From assembly GCF_009914755.1 (NCBI RefSeq), contig NC_060931.1: 64,000 nt of DNA; one strand, given 5' to 3'. Shown here piece by piece: positions 42,036-61,008 of this stretch (the first letter of the stretch is position 1; each line of letters starts with the position of its first letter). The notes under the pieces were generated by a model, which saw only the letters and a list, made by a program, of their open reading frames with translations, did not search any database and had not been told where the DNA came from. The position numbers and the translations under genes were made by a program. This DNA is from the human T2T-CHM13v2.0 reference genome, Homo sapiens.

Positions 42036-42212
42036 GAGGTTCTCAATCTTCAGCAAGCGTCAGAATCACACAGAGGTTGTGAAAACACCAGCAGCTGGAT
42101 CCAGCCCCTGAGTTCCTGATTCAGCAGGCCTGGGATGTGAAATATGCATTTCTAACAAGTTCCCAAAAGATTCTGATGCTTCTGGCCAGAGGACCACACT
42201 TTGAGAACCACT
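42036..42212. mobile_element. MER5A
   Basis: ggttctcaa..tgcatttctaacaagttccca..ggaccacactttgagaaccact. Confidence 0.85.
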
Positions 42213-44039
42213 ATGCTAGAGAAGTAAAATGTGATTGTCAAGTAGTATTTGGTGCCAAATTGAGGCATGGCATCATGAATTTAAAGTTAATGCAATCGGC
42301 CAGATTTTACTGTAGCGATGTTCAGCTGCTTGATGTAGAAAAATGGAGGCAAAGGTTTATCTGAGAATGGGGGTTTTGCTAGGTATGACAGCAGGAGAGG
42401 GTGCAAGGAATTTGGGGATATCTTTGTAACGCAAGGATTCTAATGGTGGATTGTTGACCTAGAGGATGGAGAAAGACAGAAATAAGGCCAGGTAGGGGCT
42501 GACAGGCAATGAGGAAGGTTACTGGACTCTTTGTTAGGTCTTGAGTTCAAGCATCGTGATGTGGGTTTACTTGAGCAGATAAGTTGGAAGGTAGAGAGAC
42601 AGTGATACAAGGAGGAAATGCTGAGATTTCAGAGGTGATACAGTTTGAGGGGCTGATAAAGTTCAGGGGGGGAAATGGGAATGACCCAATGAAGTAGAGA
42701 TGAGAAAATTGAGAAACAGAGGCCAGGGTATTTCATTGTTTACCCAAGTGAGTACTGGAGTCACCAAGAATGATGACACCTATTAAGATGGAGAGGATGG
42801 AGTGAAAGTCTTTGGTGAGTGATGGACAGGGCTGAAGAGGTCAGTACATCACAGCAGGGTAGAAATGACATGACATTCCTGCTGATGTTGAAGCCTGTGT
42901 TGAATGAGTTAACGCAGTGCCAGCTCCCCCGGGGGCCAGGGGGACAGTGGGAGGAGAAGACAGACTTCAGTCTGCTCCCCTGGGGTGGGAAGCCTGCTTC
43001 AATCTTCAAGGAGGGCCTGCTTCCTCTGTTACTGGCTATTTCCAGACCTGGGATTGACTCTTGACTATTAATAGTGGGAAAGGAAACTGGAAAGAATGCT
43101 CCAGGAAGAGGGGTGTGGAAGGAGGCCAGGGAGGAGGTGGGATGAGAGGCTCTGGCCTGGACACCAGTATCGACCTCTCCTTCCTTCTTTATCCCCTGCT
43201 TACCACCCCCAACTCATCTCCACAGAAATAAAAAAAAAAACTTCCAAGGGGAGAGACAGGCAAGATGAGCGGATGTGTTCCTCGATTGGTGTGCCAAAGG
43301 GAAGAGCGCAGGCTGGGAAATGAGAAGGTCTGAACCTTCTCATCCTGCCCCCGCCTTGGACCCTCAGGCCTGGGCAAGCTGTCTGCCCTCTTGAAATGCA
43401 TCTGTGAAAGGTGGGCCAGAAGATTCCTAAGGTCCCTCGGGGTGTGTACGCACTCTCCTGAGCACGACACTGTATACTAGGTAAGCCTGCTTTGGCTGTG
43501 ACAGCAGAGCCATCCTAGCCAGTCATTTCAGAGGGCTTGCGCTGGGCCTCCCTAGGGGTATAGGCGGGGCCTTTCCAAGGGCTGCCCAACCCTAACACTC
43601 ATTTTTCCAACATGTGGTATCTGCTCCACAAGCCTCTTCTTTCCAGGGGGTGCAGGGAGCTGCTAGGACTCGGGAAGGGCCTGGTGTGATGCCATTGCAG
43701 GTTCGGCCAGGTTGAGGTCTACACCCCACCCCCCCACCCCCAGCTCTCCAGGGCACACCTTCTCAGGCTACAAGTCCTGCTGGCCATTGTACACTGGCCT
43801 TTTTATTGCCAGCTGGGCAGGACAGCGAGGCAGGGTGGCATGGGAGAGCCGGATCAGTAAGGGACCTGGGGCTGCTCTCTGTTCACTTGGCCAGGACTCC
43901 TCCCAGCACCAAGGTATCAGGTGCCCTCTCTCGCCCCTGCATGCAGCCCCCTCACTCCCCAGCCTTCCTTGTGAAGGACGTGATGCTCCCCATGTTACGG
44001 TCCCACCTCTGTGTGTCTTGGGTGTTATTAATCAGGTCA

Positions 44040-44647
<608 letters not shown>

Positions 44648-45092
44648 TAAGTCAGTACGCTTAATTCCCTGCCCCAGCGGTCTGGTCATCCCCTTGCCCT
44701 GCTCTTGCTTAGCTGGGCACTCATTTCCTTCCACCAAAAGGCCCTTCTGGATCCCTCCAGCCCAGTGTGGGTCCTGTCCTTGGAGGCTGTTGGCTCTGGT
44801 CTTCTGCTCTGGAATCTTATTAATGCTATATCCAGCCGCTTATAAACAATTGACCTCTGTGGCTTTAAGAAAACCAGTATCTCCCCCTCTCTACCCTGCA
44901 AGGTGCCAACCAGATGTTGATGCCTCCAGGAGGAACCTGACCTGGGATAAGAGCAAGGAGCTTGTCTGCAGAGGACAGCATGGGAAGGCCATCGAGGAAC
45001 TGACTCGCCTCACTCTCGCCAACCAGTGTCGGCTCTCTTCCCCATCTGCATGTGCTCAGGTGAACCTTGGCCCATCTCTGCGCCTCAAGTCC

Positions 45093-46183
<1,091 letters not shown>

Positions 46184-46252
46184 CTAAATGGTCCCCTGCT
46201 TGGGCTCAGGGCCCCAAAAGTGGGATGGCTTGACTTCCCTGGGTATAAGGGG

Positions 46253-46626
46253 TATGACAGACTTGACTGTCTGGGCCCCACATCCAGTGCATATGTGGAA
46301 GCCCCAACCCCCAGCGTGAAGGTCTTAGGAGGCGGTGCCTTGGGAGAGACTTAGGTTTAGATGAGGTCCTGAGGATGGAGCCTCCATGATGGATTAGTGT
46401 CCTTTTAGGAAGAGGAAGAGACAGCAGAACTTCTCTCTGCCCGGTGAGGTCACAGCGTGAAGGCCCTGTCTACAAGCCAGGAAACGCCCTCGCCAGAACC
46501 TGACCATGCCGGAACCCTGATCTGCGACTTTCAGCCCCCAGATCTGTGAGAAATAAATGTCTGTTGCCTAAGCCACCCAGCCGACAGTATTTTGTTATAC
46601 TGTAACAAAAATCAGAGCTAAGACAA
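46253..46626 (+). mobile_element. MLT1A-type MaLR solo LTR
   Basis: ttaggtttagatgaggtc..atgggattagtgtcctt..tgtgagaaataaatgtctgttg..ctaagaca. Confidence 0.85.
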
Positions 46627-48252
46627 GGGGTTCAGGATGGAGATTAATAACGAGAACAGAGACAGCAGGAAGGGCTGCTCCAACTGTCTGGGGCAAGGCC
46701 GGGTCCCCAACGTGCGCCCCTTACCCCCACACAGGCTGAGTGTCAGGTAGATAAGTGCAGCCACAGACTCCAGTCATGCTCCACCCTCCCCGTCCCTTCC
46801 CTGGGACCCTGGCAGGTCTGTTGGCTCTGTGGTCCCCAGGACCCTGGCAGCTGTGAGACTTGGGGCCTCTGGGTAGCAGGACGGCACCTCAGGGGTGGGG
46901 TCGTCAGGCCTGCCTCTCAGCATCACCTCTCCCAGAGGGGCTGAGAGCTGCCCCCTTAGGGGAGATAATTCCGGGCATTCTTCAAATCTGGAATTGTTCT
47001 GCCCTTATCAGCTTGTTTCAGCTGGCCTGCCCGGCACCCGCTGCTCCCTGTAGGGTGGGGCCCGTCTGCCTGCTTCCCTGGGCAGGAGAGGGCTGCCACT
47101 GTCTAGCGTGGAGATGTCCCAGCGATGGGGAAGGGCAGCCTTCGCTTGGGTGCATTTCTCCCTGCAGGGAGGGCACTGTGGCCAGATCACCTGTAAGAAG
47201 CCCTGGTTCACACCACTTCTTCCCAGGGCTGACAAGTCCTCATTCTTTCCTGTCCTCAACACCTGGGAGCAGGGCACAGCACCCAAGGATACTTGGCTCC
47301 CATCTGCCCACATCCCTGCCTCAGAGGTGCCCCTCTGTAACTCCCCACTAAAGCAGTACAGGACAGAGGCTAAGAGCATGTACCAGGGAGCCCGACACCC
47401 GGCTTCCAGTCCACACACAAGCTGTATAACCAGGCAAGAGTCTCGACTTAACATAAATGTCTGAATGCTGTTCCTCAGTTTCCCCATCTGTCAAAATTGG
47501 AGAGCAGGGTAATAAAAGTAACAAACTCTATACCTTTGAGTACTTAGAGCAGTGTGTGCACATAGAAAGTGCCCGATCTATGGCAGCTATAATTATATTC
47601 CTGCTGAGCTGTGCAGGGGGGAAGGAAAGGCACCCCACCTCCCCTTACCCGTTAGAGCCGCGCAGCCCACCTCCTCCTCCACTCCTCCTCCACTCCCTCT
47701 CGAGCCACTCACACCTGCACAGGCCTTGCCAAGGTGAGAGTGGGTGCAGGTCTGCCCAGACCCATGTGGCTCTTCCTTCCCAGTGAGGCATGGCTGATCT
47801 GGGGAGGGGAGAAGATGAGGCACCAGGGCAGCTGTGGTCAAGAGAAGACCCAGATGAGGAGCTGAGCCTGAACCTTCCTGGAGAAGGAAAGGAAACCCAG
47901 GCCTGGGGGACCCCAACTCCAGGAAGTGTTTCCTCACCGGCTCAGAGATGGAGGGAGGGGCTTTCCGGCTGTCAGCCTCAAGTTCTACCCTGATAATGAC
48001 CCCGCACCCCATCCTGGCGGGGCAAGGCCGCCACCTGTGAGAGCTCTATGTGAGGTCAGCTGGGCTCCAGGACCAGTGCCTGGTGTCAGGGCCACAGGGG
48101 TGGCCGGCGGGGGTAGGCAGTAGGGTGGGGTGGGGGTCAGGAGGGGGCTGGAGCTCAGACTTCACTGGCTGTGCCCTTCTCCCTCTTGGGCCTGGCTTTC
48201 CTCCTCAGGGAAATGAAGCTCAATCACTTCTGCCTCCTTCCCTTGTCCATCA

Positions 48253-48661
<409 letters not shown>

Positions 48662-48754
48662 TATATTGACCATCAACGGAGGGCCAGGGTATCTCCTTAA
48701 TTCTCAAAAGGACATGAGATATGTGTTATTATCTCCACTTTGAAAGTGAAGGCA

Positions 48755-48940
48755 GTCTGGAGGGAAGGGAAGGGGAGTTAGCATCTGATGGGTGCAGAGC
48801 TTCAGTGTCGGAGGATGAACATCTTCTGCAGGTGGATGATAGGAGCAGGTGCATGACAGTGTGAAGAAGGTACTTAATGCCACTGAACTGCACCCCTAAA
48901 AATGGTTATTACAGTAAGCTGTACGGTAAGTCAATTGGAC
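48755..48940 (+). mobile_element. L1MB-type 3' end fragment
   Basis: gtacttaatgccactgaactg..taaaaatggtta. Confidence 0.7.
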
Positions 48941-49102
48941 CACACACACACACAAGTGAAGAAAGCGTTCAACACCACAGCAAGTAAACAGGTCAGTTTG
49001 GGACACCAGTCTGACTGGGGGCAGCTTTCTCTCCATGGCCCTGTGTGCAGGAAAGAACACCCTCTCGTGTGTGGAATCACTCTGTGACACAGTATTGTAC
49101 AA

Positions 49103-49330
49103 CAGAGGTCACACACTTTTTCCATAAAAGACCAAAGTAAATATCTTAGGCCTTATAGGGGGCCATACAGTCTCTGCCGCAACTACTCAACTTTGCCGTC
49201 ATGGGCCTGAAGACAACCGCAGAAACAACCTGTACATAAATGGGTTTGACTGTGTTCCAAGAAAACTTTACTGACAAATACAGCTGGCCAAGCAGTCATA
49301 TGCTGACCACTGATGTCTAAGATCCCCCTG
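49103..49330. mobile_element. MER58A
   Basis: gtaaatatcttaggc..gcaactactcaactttgccg..tgtgttccaagaaaacttta. Confidence 0.8.
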
Positions 49331-49342
49331 GGGCTAGGCCTA

Positions 49343-49850
<508 letters not shown>

Positions 49851-50424
49851 TGAAAGTTCCACAATCCAATAATAGATGCCAGGGGAGATGTATGGCATGA
49901 CGGGTCCTTGGAGAGGTGCCCTCCCCTCTGGATGGCTGGTGCTGTCTACTGGTATTGCCACCCCTCAGTGGGCAGATGCTGAGGCTTCTGTGGGAGGGAC
50001 CACGACTGTTTCTCTCATATCCCTGGCACCTGCACAGAACCCAGTCCCAACAAACACCTGATAAGTGTGTTCCAGGATGGTGCTTACACCCTCGGGCCAG
50101 CAGCAGCTGGTGTCAGGGCTGGGGTAGAAGTCAGCCAGCAAAAAAGGCCAGTCCAACACAGCAGGTTAAGGCGCCTAATCTGGCCTTCCCTGCCACTTCT
50201 CCTGGGCCTCTCCCTGCTGGTTCCTGTCCCCAGCGCCCCTCCCCCTGGGAGGCTCACCTGAACTGCCTGTCTGGAGCCTGGTGTTTTCATCCTTCAGTGC
50301 CGCTGCCCCATGCTCACAGTAGGTTCTACTGTGCTCAGTCAGGAGGTTCTCAGAACAGCCCCTTTCCCTATCATTTTTAAAAATGTTTCACTAAAGAATT
50401 ACAGGCATTTAAAAAATGGCACGT

Positions 50425-51650
<1,226 letters not shown>

Positions 51651-52821
51651 ACATCTGTGGCAAGGCTGCACAGGGCCCACTGTGGCCCTGCAGAGTACAG
51701 GAGGGAGATGAACCAGGAGACCAGCTCCTGGCCCCTCCCCTGTGCTCTGACTTAGTTGGGAGGATGACCCCCCCACCCCCAGGCAGACCCTCAGGCTGTT
51801 TCTGTATGGGCTGCCCCACTCCGTTGTGTGTCCCAGACCCATTCTCTGACCGAGCTTCCCATCCCCAAGGCCTGGCAGGGAAGGAGTGGCAGGGGCAGAA
51901 GTGCTCTGCGGGGAGCCAGCCTCATCCTCCATCATGCCCTGGCACAGCAGCTAGTGGGGCTCAGTTTCCTCATAATGCAGGGAGCACAGGGTTCGATGAC
52001 CTCTACAGTCTCACCTGATGAAAATCAGGCCCAGAGTTGGTGACACTGCATCCTCCAGGTGGAGGTCAGAGGGCGGAACCCCACCCCTACCCCCTAACAG
52101 GACCCAGCGCCTCAGCAGGAAGCTTCTAGATACATTCTTTGGAATGACTCATGACTATAATTCTGTGGCTGAAGGCAGAGAGGTAACAGGAGAGCCTGGA
52201 ATTCAATCGACGGTGCCACCCAAGATTCCTGCGTCGCCACTCCCTGGGGCTCAGCCCACCCCTGCCCGCTCTGGTTCCTCTCCCTCTCAACTGCTCCCCA
52301 CTCCCCATCCTGCTCCCCACTCCCGCTCCCACTGTTGTTGCTGTTGCTAACAAGAGAGGCGTCCCCATGCCGAGCCCCTGGAGCTTTGTACGTGGTGTCA
52401 GGCTTTGTCTAGGGACCACCAGCCTGCCCAGAGAAGGGGATGGGTTCTTCCTGAGCTGGAAAGAGCAGACTAACCTCCTTAAAACAATACCCTCCCCAGG
52501 GGCCTCCTAATCCCTTCCCCTGCAGCAGACCATGTGAATCCTGATCTGTCTTCCTGGGCCTTGTGCCCAGGGACAGCCAACACACCAGCCAGCTGGCAGG
52601 CGAGGACGGGGACAGGGCTGATGCCTGGATGCCTTCGCTAACCTCGCCTGCCCAAGATGGGCTCCCAAACAAGTCACCACCACAGGACAGCACCCGGGGG
52701 AGGTGGCAGAGTGGCCACTCGCCCTGCCTTTAAGGTCAGTTTAAATGACCACATCCAAGATGTGATGCAGCCTCCACAGAAAAAGTGAGCTCTGCAAATG
52801 GAGACCTGGATGTCTGTGTGA

Positions 52822-53193
<372 letters not shown>

Positions 53194-53616
53194 TCCCCGA
53201 AATGTAAAAACTTTGAGGAAAATGTTTGAATATTCCAAATCTACAGTATCCTTACTGAGGGCGGGGCTGGAAGAAGGGGCAGCCAGGCTCAGCCAGCCTT
53301 GCCGACCCCCTGCTGTGAGCAGGAGACAGGAACGTCCGTGCCCAGTCTGGGTGCTGCATGTGTCCTGGTACACTCGGGGCAGCTCTGAGACCACGGGGTA
53401 GAGGGGTGGACATGCTGCCTCACTCACATGCTGGAACTTTCTGTAAATCCACCTATTAAATGACACCTCCTAAGAGCAGTTTATCCTCATGACTGTAAAC
53501 TTAATACTGGGCAAATACTGAGGTCTTAGCATATTGGCCAGACTCTGCGCCACGTTCTTCCTGCATATGATCTCATTTGTGTCTCCAGCACCCTCTGAGG
53601 ACACACCTTTAGTACC

Positions 53617-53923
<307 letters not shown>

Positions 53924-54982
53924 TATTATGTACCTCGTTCAGAAAAGGAGAGACAGACTAGCCCAGGGAAGGCCCCACCCCAGGTCAGAGAGCCAGATTC
54001 TAACCCAACTGTCTCGGGGATGAGTGTTCTACCCTGCCCCCGCCCCCCAATACCCATCACACTGGGTCTGCACCGACCCGCACCCTTCGCACCGACCCTC
54101 ACCCTTCTCAACTGGCCCTGTCCCTGCTCCCAGGAGCACCTGCAACCTGTCCCCAGGCACACACACACTTCCAGAGCCAAAGCGCCCGGACATTTGGCAC
54201 ACAACTCTTCCCCTAGCAGTAAGTTCAAAAACAACCTTGGTAAATATTTTTCTGAGGGAGCACGTTGTCTTTCCCACGCCACCTCCGGCCTCCTGCAGCC
54301 GTGAAAATAACCAGATGTGTATGGGTTTCTCAGTGGCCTCTGGAAACCTCCACCAGGGCCGAGTCTCCACTCCTGGCCTAAAACAAACAAGGGCCCCGAG
54401 CCAGAGGGAAGTCCCGCATGCATGGCTGTGGGATAGTCACCTCTGAAACGGAGAGTGCCTCTGGGAAGAGAGGGAGAAAGTTCTGTGAAATGGAGCCTGT
54501 GAATTTCCCAGGGAATGATCTGCTTCCGTCTGGTGGACACTGAAGGTTAAGGCAGCAAGTTCAGCTCTCCAAATTTCTATCCTCTTTGTGTTCTGTCCTG
54601 GCGAGAATTCTCCCCTTCCAGGAATAACACCTGTGTCCTTCTTGCTGCAGAGTAATTCACAGCAGGGCACGTTCCCCAGGCAAAATCCCAGACTAAATCC
54701 GTGCATGCTGGGGTTGGAGCAGGAGCAGGAGCTAAGGCTCTCTGATGGTCACCCGCTTACTCTGCAAAGCAGGGCAAATAAAGCTAAAACTATCACCTAT
54801 CTCTCTCCTTGGCCCAGGAGGTGGAAGAAAAAGCATGGTTACCTCCCACAGAGCACACGATCCGAATTTCTTTGGTGGTTTTTGACAGTGGAGCCTGTAT
54901 CTTTTGGACAGTAGGGAGTGGAGTGGAAGTGGGGTTGGGGGTGACTTGGGGGTGGGAAGGTGTTGCTTAAAAAGAACAAACA

Positions 54983-55265
54983 GGCCAGGCGCAGTGGCTC
55001 ACACCTGTAATCCCAGCACTTTGGGAGGCCGAGGCGGGTGGATCACGAGGTCAGGAGTTCAAGACCAGCCTGGTTAACATGGTGAAACCCCATCTCTACT
55101 AAAAATACAAAAATTAGCCGGGCTTGGTGGTGGGCGTCTCTAATCCCGCTCCTCGGAAGGCTGAGGCAGATAATTGCTCGAACCTGGGAGGCGGAGGTTG
55201 CAGTGAGCCACTGCACTCCAGCCTGGGCAACAGAGCGAGACTCCGTCTCAAAAAAAAAAAAAAAA
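54983..55265 (+). mobile_element. AluS
   Basis: Dimer with A tail. Confidence 0.92.
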
Positions 55266-55883
55266 GACAAACAAACCAAGTAAGTGGATATCATTAAACA
55301 ATTGAGGACTGGCTCCCTTGTCCCCTGCCAGGGCCTGCAGGGAAAGTTAAAGGCCATGTTCCTTTTAAACAAAGCCAAGTCATCATGGCCCTCCCTGTGT
55401 TTGAGACGCTAGAGTTCGTCAAGGAAGCCCGGTTTCCTATGGGCACCGCCTAGGGAAGTGAATCAAGAATCTCAGGGCCAGCCCCAGTTGGAGCCAGGTG
55501 TCCAAACAGCTGAACATTCATCCCCTAAAAGTAGTTTCATGACATCAGAGAGGGGGGACAGAGGCATGACTGAGTACATGCCTCAATGACATACACACAC
55601 ACTCATGCGCACAGCTGTGAACTCACAGCTCTTCTTTTTCCAAGAAACTGGGAGCAAAATATTTCCCTCTGAAGTTTTGCAGGTCAGGAAAGGGGTCAGG
55701 TTTGCTTAGATCACACAAGATTGATTCTGAAGTCAGACTTGGGGCTCCAAAAGGGGTGGAGGAAAGGAAGGCACCGTCTCTTGCCCCCTGGCCCTCAAGG
55801 CTCCATGCCCCGTTCTCTCTCTGCCCTCTCTCTCTGCCCAGTCTGGCTACCCTGCAAGGTGGGTGCAGAGGCCCAGATGTCTA

Positions 55884-56267
<384 letters not shown>

Positions 56268-56687
56268 GTGGAAAGGGGGTACCTGGAGCCTCAAGACGTG
56301 ACTCTAGGTAAAATCACCAGCATCCTCCGCCTTGGATTTCTCGTCTGGAAAGCATGTACAGCGCCAGTTAGAGCCTCCCTCCCTCTAGAGCATGGCAGTA
56401 GTGCAGCTTCTAGGGAGAGGCAGAGCCAGGATCACAGGATCCAGAGATCCTGGTCCGAGGAGCTGTCACCTTTCTTGTTTTCCCTTACAGCCTGGTCTTT
56501 GCTGGCACAAGGTCTAGAGATGCAGAGCACGAGGAGCTGATGCCACCCCTCGGGCTGGACGCAGGGGCCAGGGACAGGCTGGGGCTGAGTTCACGGTGCT
56601 CTGTGACCAGAGGCTGGGATGTTCTCTGCTTTTCTTTTTTGTCATCAGTTCAGCCAAATGTATGTTTTGAAGCCACAGTTTTCTACT

Positions 56688-57099
<412 letters not shown>

Positions 57100-58939
57100 T
57101 GATCTCAGCCCAACAAGTAGAGACGAGCAAGCAGTCAGAGGACCAGGCACCACCACGCCTTCTTTGGCATCTAAGAACCATGTAGTCCCACTCCTAGTGC
57201 AGCTCTCCAATCCTGTGGGGTCTGAGTGCCCACATATACCTGGCTCCAGGTGCTGCACCCCTCTTGGTTGTTGGACAGGGGAAAGGGAGGCATCTGACCT
57301 GCAGTGAGATGAAGAAAGGGCCGAGGCCAGCAAAACACGAAGAGCCCCCAGGACACTACAGGACATGTGTCCATGCCCCCCTTCACATTACCCAGGAATC
57401 CGTGGTGTCACTGCCTGTCCCCAGAAGCCAAATGCATGAGAACAGCCCCCTCCAGCCATTCCCAATGGCTCAGAACATCCACACTGTCCAGCTGGGTTCC
57501 CTCTGCATATGCAGCCACACACACCCATCAGTCCCATGATGCCAGCAGTCCTGGGGCCGAAATCACCCAGCTTTAGACCATGGGAAATACTAAACAGGAA
57601 GGCCCCTGAGAGCCACTGGGCCAGCTCCTCATTCACAGATGAGGAAACTGAGGCCTGCAGGGAGGACACTGGGTTGTGAGTGTCTGGACAGAGGATCTGT
57701 TTCTTTTGCAAACCCACTCCTCAGCTCAACACCCAACTCAGATGGACCCTGCTGGTTTTCTTCACTGTGCCTGCCACCAGCCCTGTGTACATGTGGCGCA
57801 CCCACACAAATACCCAGCGCTTAGCCAACAGGAGACCCCAGGGCCAGTTATAGCTGGCACATGGACATGATTGCCCTAGAGTGCCTGTGGCATTCAGAGA
57901 TGTGATTCTGTGTCAACAGGACCAGACTTCCAGATTCATCCAGGGCTGTAAAGCCAGAGAATTTCCCTGCCCAAGTGTAATCCCCATAGGATGCCGTGGG
58001 TGAACGAAAGGCCAGGACGGCTCCCACCCTGCCCTTCCCCAGAAGCCGATCCACAGCACAAGCTCTCTAGAACCCCAGCCATGGAGAAGCAAAACCCAGG
58101 ATGACCTCAGGATGAGAAGCAACTTTTTGGGCGGTGCTCTCAGGGCCTCCAGATCAGGGAGGCGTGGGCAGGAGTTAGGACAGCACAGGCCTGGGGAGGG
58201 AGCAGCAGGGCCTCCGCACGCACGCCCTGTACTACGCTTGGCAGTGCCCCCGGGGCAGGATGCAGGACTGCATCTGGCTGAACAATGGGCACCCCTCCTC
58301 ATTGTCCCACCTGCGAGTAGTGCCTTAGGTGCTAGCTGCAGCTGGAAAAGCACATGCAAGCTGGTGGCTTAACAAACAAGCACACTACCCCCTCAACCAC
58401 CAACTCCCAGGAACAATGACAGCATGAAGGTGGATGAGACCCATGCACTCAGCAGGCCCTGTTTATCCAGAACTGTCTGTGAGCCACTATGACAGTGCTG
58501 GCTACCAGAACATCCTGGAATCCCCTTCTCCAAGCTCCTGGGGCAGGATGACAGGATGACGGGACACAGGATCTAAAACAGCACCGTGATGCTGTCAGGG
58601 TCAAGGACTCAAAAAGCAGCAGGGGGCAGAGGCACAACAGGAAAGAGCCAGCCACAGGCAACCGGCAAACAATGTCTGCCCCCATCTGGGCAGAAAGATC
58701 AAACATCAAAAACACACACTTCCATAATTCTTTTAACAGAGCCTCCCACTTCTGGCTGAGAAGCAACACCACTGCAAACACTCTTGAGGGGCCACCAGCC
58801 TGGAATGTAACTTGTTCCCAATGGACTCTGGGGCAAGCAGCCTTCAAACTGGCTGCGACCTGCCATGTTGTTTCCTATAAATCCCCTAAGGTCAGAGGGC
58901 CCTCTTCATTTCAGCTAGACACATGTGAGTGTGTTGTTA

Positions 58940-59057
58940 TAGCTAACGCTTTTCCAGCTTGGTCTTTACGCAGGACTGTCTGGGTTTTAGTACTCTAAGT
59001 CCCACATCCCAGGATAACCTGTTTATACTGGGTAATCTGGGACAGTTGGTCACTCTA
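58940..59057. mobile_element. MER81-like hAT-Blackjack element
   Basis: gggttttagtactctaagtccc..ctgggacagttggtcactcta terminus. Confidence 0.65.
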
Positions 59058-60000
59058 TCTTCACATCAGTATTTCCCCCAAAATGTCCTGGGGAAACATG
59101 AGTGTTTCACAAGATGTTAAACACTCTCGTTCTACTAAAGAGAGGAAGCTGTTCCTCTCGATGTTCTACTAAATCTAGATCGATGTTCTACTAAAAAGAG
59201 GAGGCTGAAAAGGAAATGGTCCCATAGTTAAAGTACGTTTGGGGAATGATGGGTTAAACAAAGGTAATAAGTAATCTTCCTTAGAGGATATTTCAAAGCA
59301 TGTAAGATCATAATGTATTTTGACCTTCTAAGAAGGGAAATGTATTCATTTTATTAAATATTCATTGAGAGCATAACTATTAAAATCTTGAGGATTACGA
59401 AATTTTCTTACTGGACACAGTTTGGAACACAGCTTGCTTTATGGAATATAAAAGTAAAATAAAAAACCTCATATGGTGCTAGCCCAGACTTACCATGTGG
59501 GTAAACTGAGGCACAGAGCAATGCCCCCAAGGCAGATCTGTGAGTACTTCCTACCTTCCCTTCCTATCTTCCTCCCACTTTTCGGCCTTGTGAGGAAATA
59601 TTCCTTTCTCTAGTTGTTGGACTGTAGCTCCATGCACCTCCCCCATGCCCTCCCTTTCCTGAGAAGGAAAATGGAGAGCTGGCCATAGAAAGATCAACAT
59701 CGTGTCACTGCCTGCTTCACTGCCTGGCTCGATGGCATCAAGAGGAATTTGGTGCAAGAGAGGGGGTAGGCTCAGGGTTGGATGATCTGAGAAAGGAAAG
59801 TGAAAGGGAGACTGGGATCCCAGGGCTAGAAGGGAGTGTACAGTGGGCGTGTCCAGGAGCTGATTACCCAATCACAAGCGCCATTTATCCAGGTAGAAAG
59901 AGAGCCAAGAGGTGGAAGACTGCATTTAACCACGTTATGGGCTAACCACCTAGGGGGCTGCCAGGATCGGGGTGCAGGTGGCTTCAGAAAGCCTGTTTTG

Positions 60001-60282
60001 GGCCGGGCGCTGTGGCTCACGTCTGTAATTCCAGCACTTTGGGAGGCTGAGGCGGGCGGATCACTTGAGGCCGGGAATTCAAGACCAGCCTGGCCAACAT
60101 GGGGAAACCCCATCTCTACTAAAAATCCCAAAATCAGCTGGGCTTGGGGGCAGGTGCCTGTAATCCCAACTATGGGGGAAGCCGAGGTGAGAGGATCGCT
60201 TGAACTCCTGAGGCGGAGGTTGCAGTGAGTCGAGATCGTGCCACTGCACTCCAGCCTGGGCAACACAGTGAGGCCCTGTCTC

Positions 60283-60308
<26 letters not shown>
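60001..60308 (+). mobile_element. Alu (S/J)
   Basis: TSD aaagcctgttttg/aaagtctgttttg. Confidence 0.92.
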
Positions 60309-60313
<5 letters not shown>

Positions 60314-60340
60314 TTTTGACTCAAAGCCCCAAAGTGAAGG

Positions 60341-60360
60341 GCAGTGCCCCCTAGGGGTGA
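60341..60360 (-). promoter_or_regulatory. Candidate CTCF motif
   Basis: Minus strand CACCCCTAGGGGGCACTG. Confidence 0.5.
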
Positions 60361-60647
60361 GCTGAGGAGCACCAGGCAGGAATAGGAAGGCAGGGGGCGC
60401 CATCTCAGTCGCTTCTTAGCTAAGCCCACCCTGGCCACCTTTATCTAAAACTGCGGTCTCCAACTAACCCTGCCTCCCCGCACTGAGGCCCCCAGCCTGA
60501 GTAATGGGGAAGGGCCTTGAAGAAGAAAACCTGGCCCTGTGAGGTCGCAGAGGATGCTGCTCTAGCATGGCGTTGGGGGTGGGGTAACAGGGTCTGTTGA
60601 CTCACACTGGGCTAGGGCTGACGCCAATACAAGAAATAAAATCAACA

Positions 60648-61008
<361 letters not shown>

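Noticed and set aside
53926-54540. 204-aa - strand ORF (also 51458-52018, 44553-45095, 46860-47351)
   Set aside because: GC-rich intronic or repeat sequence, non-ATG starts in several cases, no recognisable domain
59125-59207. Short direct repeats with spacers resembling a CRISPR array
   Set aside because: Human intronic DNA, only three 11-bp units, irregular self-derived spacers, no cas genes
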